Assembly (NCBI GenBank): GCA_964489065.1
Contig: CAZAXH010000006.1
Location: 2,867 to 66,866 of the forward strand
From: an uncultured Planctomycetales bacterium
GTDB lineage: Bacteria; Omnitrophota; Gorgyraeia; Zapsychrales; JANLHA01
Reading direction: 5' to 3'
DNA length: 64,000 bases
Positions 56,984 to 64,000 of the stretch are shown here, piece after piece; the stretch's first letter is position 1, and every line of letters starts with the position of its first letter. The notes under the pieces are model-generated. The model did no database searches. It was not told where the DNA came from and worked only from the letters and a program-made list of their open reading frames with translations. Both the position numbers and the translations under genes were made by a program.

Positions 56984-57440
56984 AGCATCCTCCTTGGTTG
57001 TTTAATCCATTTTTCAATCTTTTCTCTAATGAACGCACGCCCACCAGCACAAAGAAGACTGCGAGGGTCACGATGATCGCTGCAGAATATAAACCTGTGC
57101 CTACGGCCATTCCGATTCCGGATACGATCCATAAGGTGGCGGCCGTGGTTAATCCGATGACGTTAGATTCGCAGCGGATGATCGTCCCCGCGCACAAAAA
57201 ACCGATGCCTGTTACGATGCCTGTAATAATACGCGTCGGGTCTACGAGGGTTTCATTTCTTAAAGTATAAAAAATATGATAGGACGTGAGCACAAACAAG
57301 CCTGACCCCAGCCCAACGAGAATATGGGTTCTTAATCCCGCGCCTTTATGCCGGGCTTCCCTTTCACCTCCGATCAGGCTGCAGAGTAAAATGGTTAAAA
57401 TGAGTTTGAAGAGGAGTTCTCCAAGAGAAGATGTATTCAT
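56952..57440 (-). CDS. MgtC/SapB-family membrane protein
   Basis: 162 aa. The LLCSLIGGEREARHKGAGLRTHILV motif is typical of the MgtC N-terminal domain. Confidence 0.8.
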   Translation of the reverse strand: MNTSSLGELLFKLILTILLCSLIGGEREARHKGAGLRTHILVGLGSGLFVLTSYHIFYTLRNETLVDPTRIITGIVTGIGFLCAGTIIRCESNVIGLTTAATLWIVSGIGMAVGTGLYSAAIIVTLAVFFVLVGVRSLEKRLKNGLNNQGGCYGDPGPQQGQ

Positions 57441-57507
57441 TTTAAACCTCTTTGATTATATTAGATATCATTATTTTAGCAAATACTTCATAAATGAAAA
57501 TTGATTT

Positions 57508-58497
57508 CTAATTTTTTAAACAGTGGTAGGCTAGGCCGGCTACCATAGCCGCGTTATCCATGCACAAGCTTAGATCTGGGGAATAAACCTTTATGCTATT
57601 GGATGTTGCGGCTTCTTCAAGGGCCTCTCTCAGGCGGGAATTGGCGGCCACTCCTCCTCCGATGATTAAGTTTCGGATACGGAAATCCAGGCAGGCGGTG
57701 ATGCATTTTTTTATGAGAACCGATACGACACTTTCCTGAAAAGCACGCACGATCCCGGCCTTATGGGCGCTATCCTGGATTTTATTTTTTTGATGATAAT
57801 ATAAAACGGCTGTTTTGATCCCGCTAAAACTGAAATCATATGTCCCCGGCATTTCAGCGCAACTGAAGGCCGGCGTATGGCCCGAGGCTTGCCGTGCCAT
57901 GCGGTCGATGACCGGCCCTCCCGGGTAGCCCAGGTTCAGGATGCGGGCGACCTTGTCGAACGCTTCCCCAGCAGCGTCATCGCGCGTTTTCCCGAGCTGT
58001 TTGAAATGAGTCCAGGATTTTATCAGATAGAGGCTGGTGTGCCCGCCAGACACAATCATCCCCACCGCTGGCAGGACGGCCGGCGGTGGCGATGTTTTCC
58101 CTTTTACAGTTTTGTTTAATAAAGGCGCGTACAGGTGAGCCTGGACATGATCGATTTCAATGAGGGGTTTATGCAGTGTGAGGGACAAGGCCCTGGCAAA
58201 GGAGAGCCCAACGAGCAGAGAGCCGATAAGCCCCGGAGATTTGGTCACGGCGATCGCGTTGACCCGGGACAGATCGCAGCGGGCTTCCAGCGCGGCGCGG
58301 CGAACGACAGGATTGATCGCTTCGAGCTGACGCCGGGAAGCAATTTCCGGGATGATGCCTCCGTATCGTGTATGCTCTTTAAGGCTGGAGGAAACGATGC
58401 TGGACCGGATCCAGCGCCCATCCTGGACTATGGCCGCGGCTGTTTCATCACAGGAAGTTTCTATTCCGAGAATATTCATGGGCTGGCCTTCTATCAC
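57508..58497 (-). CDS. tsaD: tRNA N6-adenosine threonylcarbamoyltransferase
   Basis: 329 aa. It has ILGIETSCDETAAAIV and the HxxxH metal site of Kae1/TsaD. Confidence 0.9.
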   Translation of the reverse strand: MIEGQPMNILGIETSCDETAAAIVQDGRWIRSSIVSSSLKEHTRYGGIIPEIASRRQLEAINPVVRRAALEARCDLSRVNAIAVTKSPGLIGSLLVGLSFARALSLTLHKPLIEIDHVQAHLYAPLLNKTVKGKTSPPPAVLPAVGMIVSGGHTSLYLIKSWTHFKQLGKTRDDAAGEAFDKVARILNLGYPGGPVIDRMARQASGHTPAFSCAEMPGTYDFSFSGIKTAVLYYHQKNKIQDSAHKAGIVRAFQESVVSVLIKKCITACLDFRIRNLIIGGGVAANSRLREALEEAATSNSIKVYSPDLSLCMDNAAMVAGLAYHCLKN

Positions 58498-59333
58498 AGG
58501 GAGTTGATAAGGGATTTTACGGGGACAACTTCGTATCCCAGCGATGTCATGAGGTCAGTCTGTTCTTTGAGGATATCCCAGGATAATGACCGGGCATGAC
58601 AGATTCCAACGGCGTATCCATGTTTGACGGCGGTCTGCCGTAAAATCCGGAACTGCTGTTCAATGTAGGCGCGGTCATTTTGATTGTCGAGAAAGACGTC
58701 TCTCTGTGCGAACGGCAGGTGCCTCTGGCTCGCGAGATGGGGGCAAATGGTTTTACGTGTTACCCGGCTGTCCACAAAATAGAGGTTGTTTTTCTTTAGT
58801 TCGGTAAAAAGGATCGACATGAGAGCCGTATCTTCTGTGGCTTTGGAACCCATATGGTTGTTGACCCCTTTCGCGTACGGGACGCTGGCCAGCGCTTCGT
58901 TGAATTTCTGGACAACCAGGCTGGGAGGCATGGATGTCGTGATAATATAGTTCGCCGGATAAGGGTCTTTGTTCTGGTAAGGCTCCAATGGGAGATGCAG
59001 CATGACTTCTTTGCCTTGATGATGGGCGCAAGAAGCGGTTTCCTGGGAATACCGGAGATGGGGCAGCACGGACACCGTGACCGGGGCTTTGATCTGGGAG
59101 AGGACGGAACAGTCATTCATGCTGTAGCCGCTGTCGTCGACAATAATCGCGATTTTCCCCAACGAAGTCCGTTCCGGGGGCCTGATTTTTGGCCGGAATC
59201 CCGGAACGTAGACTTTCGCCAAGAGTATTGTTTCAATAACAATGATACAGAAAAGGAACACAATGAGGTTGTTTTTAAAGGTGTCCCGCGAGCCTGATTT
59301 TTTGGCTTTGTGTCGCTGGGGCATGGGAATCAA
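58494..59333 (-). CDS. Divergent polysaccharide deacetylase (YibQ-like, PF04748)
   Basis: 279 aa with an N-terminal TM. It has IAIIVDDSGYS ... VTVSVLPH ... HLPLEP motifs. Confidence 0.7.
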   Translation of the reverse strand: MIPMPQRHKAKKSGSRDTFKNNLIVFLFCIIVIETILLAKVYVPGFRPKIRPPERTSLGKIAIIVDDSGYSMNDCSVLSQIKAPVTVSVLPHLRYSQETASCAHHQGKEVMLHLPLEPYQNKDPYPANYIITTSMPPSLVVQKFNEALASVPYAKGVNNHMGSKATEDTALMSILFTELKKNNLYFVDSRVTRKTICPHLASQRHLPFAQRDVFLDNQNDRAYIEQQFRILRQTAVKHGYAVGICHARSLSWDILKEQTDLMTSLGYEVVPVKSLINSL

Positions 59334-60655
59334 CTCGCCTCTCCGAAGTCCTTATAAACGCGTATCCCTTTGATGATACTGATAGCGGCTTGAATTTGAT
59401 TGTCATCCAGAAGGAGTTGTTTCGCGTTTTGTTTCTTTTTGTCTTCCTGTAATTTTCCCGGCTCTGCCGCCTCATTCATTTCCACGTCGTCAAAGATTTT
59501 GTTGATTTCCTTTTCTTTCTTTTTGATCATCTGTTCGGTGTCGGTGGTTTCCGGATTTTCATAAATGCGTTTTACGACCACGTCCGGGGTAATCCCTGTC
59601 CCATGGATGGAAACTCCGGAGGGGGTGAAGTATTTGCTTGTCGTTAAGCGGAGCCCGGATCCGTCCGGTAAAGGAATCACAGACTGAACCGACCCTTTCC
59701 CAAACGATTGTTCCCCGACAATGATGGCCCGCTTGTTGTCTTTCAGGGCGCCGGCTAAAATTTCACTCCCGGACGCGCTCCCCTCATTGATCAGCACCAC
59801 GACCGGCCAGTCGATCTGTTTTTCTTTATGGGTGGCCTTGCTTTCTATGTTCTGGGACAGCCGCCGCCCTTTAGTGGATACGATCATTTCTCCGGTGGGC
59901 AGAAATGCATCCGTGATATCAATGGCCACGTTCAGAAGGCCGCCCGGGTTGTTCCGGAGATCCAGGATCAGGGCGTTGGCTTCCTGCGCGCGGAGATCCT
60001 CGATCGCCTTGAGAAAGTCTTTATGGGTGTCTTCCCGGAATTCCGTCAAGCGGATGTATCCGATTTTGTCTTCCAGAATCTGGGTGTCTTTGATATCCTG
60101 GATTTGAATAACCTCCCGCACAATCGTAAAATCCTGGAATTTGAACTCTTTTTCGCGCAGCACCGTTATAGTGACCGGGGTTTCCGGCTCTCCGCGTAGG
60201 CGTTTGACGGCGTCGCTTAAGGAAATGTTTTTGGTGATTTCGTCCTCTATTTTTACGATAATATCTCCGGCTTTAAGCCCGGCACGCCAGGCCGGCGTGT
60301 CTTCGATGGGGGAAATGATGGTCAATAGGCCGTCTTTAATGGAAATTTCAATCCCCAATCCCCCGAATTTCCCCTGGGTCTCGGTTTTTAATTCCTGGTA
60401 ATCCTCCGGTGTTAGAAATTGCGAATGCGGGTCAAGCGCGGCTAACATCCCGTTGAGCGCCCCGTAAATCAGTTCCTGGGGTTTTTTATCGTCGACATAT
60501 TCAGACTGGATTGTTGTCAGGGCATAACTGAATATTTCAATTTGCGAGTAAAGATCCTCAATTTTCTTGGAGGCGTCCATCTGGGAAACGCCCAAAGAAC
60601 AGAACACGAGGATCAAGGTTAAACTGAAAAAGAATGAGACGAACTTTTTACCCAT
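59330..60655 (-). CDS. ctpA: Carboxyl-terminal processing protease (S41 family, with a PDZ domain)
   Basis: 441 aa. It has a signal peptide, a PDZ domain, and the catalytic Ser motif region VVLINEGSASGSEILAGAL. Confidence 0.85.
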   Translation of the reverse strand: MGKKFVSFFFSLTLILVFCSLGVSQMDASKKIEDLYSQIEIFSYALTTIQSEYVDDKKPQELIYGALNGMLAALDPHSQFLTPEDYQELKTETQGKFGGLGIEISIKDGLLTIISPIEDTPAWRAGLKAGDIIVKIEDEITKNISLSDAVKRLRGEPETPVTITVLREKEFKFQDFTIVREVIQIQDIKDTQILEDKIGYIRLTEFREDTHKDFLKAIEDLRAQEANALILDLRNNPGGLLNVAIDITDAFLPTGEMIVSTKGRRLSQNIESKATHKEKQIDWPVVVLINEGSASGSEILAGALKDNKRAIIVGEQSFGKGSVQSVIPLPDGSGLRLTTSKYFTPSGVSIHGTGITPDVVVKRIYENPETTDTEQMIKKKEKEINKIFDDVEMNEAAEPGKLQEDKKKQNAKQLLLDDNQIQAAISIIKGIRVYKDFGEAS

Positions 60656-62102
60656 GAAAAAGCCTCCTTTTTATTAGATCGCCCACGACCTTTGGGTTAG
60701 CTTTCCCTTGGGTGAGCTTCATCGTTTGTCCGATTAGAAAACCAAGCGCCTGCATTTTGCCATCTTGAATTTCCTGGGCCGCCTTGCTATTTTCGGCGAT
60801 GACCTGGTTGATAAACGCTTCCAAGGCGGTGTCGTCGGAAACCTGGGCGAGCCCTTCGCATTCAATGATGGCCTGGGCGGTCTGCCCGGTTTGAATCATT
60901 TTCTTTAAAATATCTTTGCCAACGAGTTGGCTGACGGTCCCCTCTTCCACCTTGCGGATGAGGTCTGTGAATTGTTCCGGGGTAACCGGGACTCCTTCCG
61001 CGTTTTTTTTCTGGGCATTGAGCTCCTGCAGGAGCGGTCCGTTAATCCAGTTGCAGATTTTTTTGCCGGGAGAAAATAGTTTTGCGCAGGCTTCGAAGAA
61101 GTCCGCCAGATCCTGGTTTTGAATGAGGATACCGGCGTCGTAGGCCGTGAGTTCATAATGGGCCTGCAGGCGCTGGAGTTTTTGAAAGGGTTCCTCCGGT
61201 AGCGACGTCTTGATCAAATCGATATCTGGCTCCGAAACGGTGAACGGGACAAGATCCGGTTCGGGAAAATACCGGTAATCATGCGCTTGTTCTTTGCTGC
61301 GCATGGATTGAGTCACCGCCTCCTGTTCATCCCATAGCCGGGTTTCCTGGACGAGAGTTTGTCCGGAGGCAAGGAGTTTGCGGTGGCGGTTCGCTTCATA
61401 GTCCAGAGCGGCTTTAACGGCCCGGAAGGAATTGAGGTTTTTTATTTCTGATTTAACGCCGAGCCGTGTCTCCCCTGCCGGCCGCACAGAAATGTTGGCG
61501 TCGCAACGCAGGCTGCCTTTTTCCATATCACAGTCAGATACCTTTAAATATTGCAGCAGGAGTTTCAGCGCGGTCAGGTAGTCATAGGCTTCCTGGGGGG
61601 AACGGATGTCCGGTTCGGTGACGATTTCCATAAGCGGGGTTCCGGTGCGGTTATAGTCGACTAAACTGACTTTATGGTGCGCGTCATGGATCAGTTTCCC
61701 GGCATCTTCCTCCAGGTGCGCCCGGTGAATCCTGATTTTTTTAAACTTGTCCTCCGAGAAAATTTCGACGCAGCCGTTTTTCCCGATCGGATAATCATAT
61801 TGGGAAATTTGATATCCTTTGGGCAGATCGGGATAATAGTAATTTTTACGGTCAAATTTGATATAGGAATTTATTTGACAATGCAAGGCCAAGGCCACTT
61901 TGATAGCGTAGTCCAGGGCTGTTTTGTTCAGCACGGGAAGGGTCCCGGGAAGACCCAGGCAGACCGGGCAGGTATTGGTGTTGGGCGGCTGCTCGAACTG
62001 GTGATTCGCGCACGCGCAGAAAATCTTGCTTTGCGTGCTGAATTGAAGATGAACTTCCAGCCCGATGACTGTTTCGTAGGATTGTTGACGGCTCTCGCTC
62101 AT
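60648..62102 (-). CDS. gatB: Asp-tRNA(Asn)/Glu-tRNA(Gln) amidotransferase subunit B
   Basis: 484 aa. It has the IGLEVHLQ N-terminus and the GatB/YqeY C-terminal domain. Confidence 0.95.
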   Translation of the reverse strand: MSESRQQSYETVIGLEVHLQFSTQSKIFCACANHQFEQPPNTNTCPVCLGLPGTLPVLNKTALDYAIKVALALHCQINSYIKFDRKNYYYPDLPKGYQISQYDYPIGKNGCVEIFSEDKFKKIRIHRAHLEEDAGKLIHDAHHKVSLVDYNRTGTPLMEIVTEPDIRSPQEAYDYLTALKLLLQYLKVSDCDMEKGSLRCDANISVRPAGETRLGVKSEIKNLNSFRAVKAALDYEANRHRKLLASGQTLVQETRLWDEQEAVTQSMRSKEQAHDYRYFPEPDLVPFTVSEPDIDLIKTSLPEEPFQKLQRLQAHYELTAYDAGILIQNQDLADFFEACAKLFSPGKKICNWINGPLLQELNAQKKNAEGVPVTPEQFTDLIRKVEEGTVSQLVGKDILKKMIQTGQTAQAIIECEGLAQVSDDTALEAFINQVIAENSKAAQEIQDGKMQALGFLIGQTMKLTQGKANPKVVGDLIKRRLFHG

Positions 62103-63553
62103 GAGTTTGTCCTGGGTTTTAAAGTTTCTTTATACCAGCCGGCTTTTTGTTCGTATTGAAACGCGACGCGTAACATCATCTCTTCATCAAAAGCCTTGGC
62201 GCATATTTGCAATCCGATCGGCAGCCCGTTTTTGGAAAACCCGCAGGGAAGCGATAGGGCCGGAACCCCGCTGAGGTTTGCGGAAATGGTGTAAATGTCA
62301 GAAAGATACATGGCCAGAGGGTCGTCCTTTTTCTCCCCGATGGTAAAGGCGGTCGTTGGGGAAGTCGGCATAACGATGGCGTCGACGTCCTCAAAAGCCT
62401 GGTCAAAGTCATTTTTAATAAGGCTCCGTACTTTTTGTCCCCTCAAATAATATGCGTCGTAATAGCCGGAAGAGAGCGAAAATGTCCCGAGCATGATGCG
62501 TCTTTTGGTCTCTTCCCCAAACCCCTGGTCCCGCGTTTCTTCAAACATGTCCACGATGGCACTTTTGCGGGGCGAGGCGGGCGTGCAGCGTAGCCCGTAG
62601 CGGACGCCGTCATAGCGGGCGAGGTTCGAACTGGCCTCGGCGGTGGCAATGATGTAGTAGGTGGCCACGCAATACTCCGTGTGCGGTAGCGAGATATTAA
62701 CGATAACTGCGCCCATGTCTTCTAGGAGGTTGATCGCCTCCTGAACAGCCGCCCGGACTTCCGGGGCAAGCCCGTCGATGAAATATTCCTTCGGCACGCC
62801 GATTTTAAGCCCCTTGATGTCTTTGCCAAGCGCCGCCGTATAATCCGGGACGGGGATATCCCCGGAAGTGGAATCCATGGGGTCATGCCCGGATATAATT
62901 CCCAAAAGCAGGGCGGCATCTTGGACGTCTTTCGTGATCGGTCCGATTTGGTCCAGGCTGGAGGCAAACGCAATGAGCCCGTACCGGGAAACGCGTCCGT
63001 ATGTCGGCTTAAGACCTACGACGCCGCAGAATGAAGCCGGTTGGCGGATAGACCCTCCGGTATCCGAGCCGATCGCCCAGATGGCTTCATGGGCGGCCAC
63101 AGCCGCGGCCGAACCGCCGCTGCTTCCACCGGGAACCTTTGTCAGGTCCCAGGGGTTATGGGTGGGGCCATAACAGGAGTTCTCCGTTGATGAGCCGAAC
63201 GCAAACTCGTCCATATTCGTGTGCCCCTGCACGACACCTCCCTCCGAGAGGAGTTTCCCGATGACCGTCGCATTGTAAGGCGGTTTGAATCCCTTCAGAA
63301 TTCTTGAGCAGCAGGTTGTTTCCATCCCTTTGACGCAGATATTGTCTTTTACGGCGATCGGCAGGCCGTGCAATCCCTTGGGAGATGAATTCGGTATCCC
63401 GGGGAACTCTTCCTGCAGGAGGACATAGGCGTGGACCAAGTTATCGTGAGCTTTGATCCTTTGCGTCAAAGAATGGTAAAGGGTACCCGGATCAACCTCC
63501 CGGGATCGCAACTTTTCTATTAAAGCATGGGCTGTCAGTTCAAAAAAATTCAT
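62099..63553 (-). CDS. gatA: Glu-tRNA(Gln) amidotransferase subunit A
   Basis: 484 aa. The amidase signature [13 protein letters not shown] is present. Confidence 0.95.
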   Translation of the reverse strand: MNFFELTAHALIEKLRSREVDPGTLYHSLTQRIKAHDNLVHAYVLLQEEFPGIPNSSPKGLHGLPIAVKDNICVKGMETTCCSRILKGFKPPYNATVIGKLLSEGGVVQGHTNMDEFAFGSSTENSCYGPTHNPWDLTKVPGGSSGGSAAAVAAHEAIWAIGSDTGGSIRQPASFCGVVGLKPTYGRVSRYGLIAFASSLDQIGPITKDVQDAALLLGIISGHDPMDSTSGDIPVPDYTAALGKDIKGLKIGVPKEYFIDGLAPEVRAAVQEAINLLEDMGAVIVNISLPHTEYCVATYYIIATAEASSNLARYDGVRYGLRCTPASPRKSAIVDMFEETRDQGFGEETKRRIMLGTFSLSSGYYDAYYLRGQKVRSLIKNDFDQAFEDVDAIVMPTSPTTAFTIGEKKDDPLAMYLSDIYTISANLSGVPALSLPCGFSKNGLPIGLQICAKAFDEEMMLRVAFQYEQKAGWYKETLKPRTNS

Positions 63554-63566
63554 GTCTTTTATTTTC

Positions 63567-63857
63567 TTATTCGATAACCTGCGGTACCGTGAACGCCCCC
63601 TCCTGCTGGGTGATGGCTATTTGCAGGGCTTCCGCCTGAGAAAGGGAAGGAGCCACACGGTCTTCCCGGTACACGTTTTGGATCGGGAGGACATGACTCG
63701 TCGGGAGAACGGCACTAGTATCGAGTTTTTCAAGTTTGGCGATGTAATCCAGGATCGCCTCCAGATCCTGCGTCAAGGTCGTTAATTCGGCATTGGTTAA
63801 CTTCATCCGGGCGAGGCTGGCAATAGTTTGAACCGTATTTCGAGTTATCATAGACAC
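63567..63857 (-). CDS. gatC: Asp/Glu-tRNA amidotransferase subunit C
   Basis: 96 aa. The [11 protein letters not shown]...[11 protein letters not shown] pattern matches GatC. It is in gatCAB order. Confidence 0.85.
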   Translation of the reverse strand: MSMITRNTVQTIASLARMKLTNAELTTLTQDLEAILDYIAKLEKLDTSAVLPTSHVLPIQNVYREDRVAPSLSQAEALQIAITQQEGAFTVPQVIE

Positions 63858-63911
63858 CTCATAATATAAATATTAATAAATAATATCATCCTCCTACGGT
63901 AAGCACAAGTT

Positions 63912-64000
63912 CTATTTCAGCAGCAGGGTTTTAAGATCCTCGGGAATGGGAACGGGTTTAAAATCCTGATTGAGACAGGCCAGAACGACTTCGGCGTCCA
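63912..64000 (-). CDS. 3' end of an unidentified CDS (partial, continues beyond the window)
   Basis: An open frame ending ...VVLACLNQDFKPVPIPEDLKTLLLK* has its stop at 63912. The fragment is too short to assign. Confidence 0.3.
   Translation of the reverse strand, partial: DAEVVLACLNQDFKPVPIPEDLKTLLLK

Overview
This 64 kb window is a gene-dense, almost entirely chromosomal segment of a bacterial genome with roughly 50% GC. Nearly all genes lie on the minus strand. Only recN, a PfkA-family phosphofructokinase and one GT-C glycosyltransferase (25850-30364) are on the plus strand. I saw no mobile elements, CRISPR arrays, rRNA or prophage signatures.

Recognisable content:
- A long co-directional housekeeping and amino-acid block (PilZ, hom, thrC, coaB, apgM, cstA, lysC, a cimA/leuA-family gene, valS, nadC), followed by a secreted helical protein and a CPBP intramembrane protease.
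- tRNA-Pro(GGG), a Thr(TGT)-Tyr(GTA)-Gly(TCC) tRNA cluster, and tRNA-Met/Ile(CAT).
- gpsA, orphan trpB2, recN, pfk, and the conserved block tilS-ftsH-folP-cdaA-(cdaR remnant)-pdxJ-acpS-nnrD-queH.
- tsaD, ctpA and gatCAB.
- A roughly 17 kb surface-glycan biosynthesis locus (28940-45487): rfbA, an rmlD-like reductase, rfbB, a GtrB-like GT2, three GT4, three SAM-methyltransferases, a Wzx/MOP flippase, an AsnB-like amidotransferase, and two convergent GT-C membrane glycosyltransferases.
- A second GT2 plus GT-C-like pair at 17440-20096, and another large membrane protein downstream of a REC-domain regulator that carries a C-terminal transmembrane helix.

The most unusual candidates are:
- a bactofilin fused to an excisionase-type HTH, next to a membrane-anchored paralogous HTH protein (56115-56983);
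- a membrane-anchored stand-alone receiver protein with a 597-aa polytopic partner;
- a structured leader with tandem near-identical hairpins upstream of trpB2;
- a truncated cdaR-like mini-ORF after the c-di-AMP cyclase gene cdaA;
- an rml pathway without rmlC inside a glycan locus that is compositionally mosaic (a low-GC core at 33.2-39.4 kb);
- a GH16-like protein carrying a PEP-CTERM sorting signal.

All functional calls rest on motif and family recognition read from the translated ORFs. No database searches were run.
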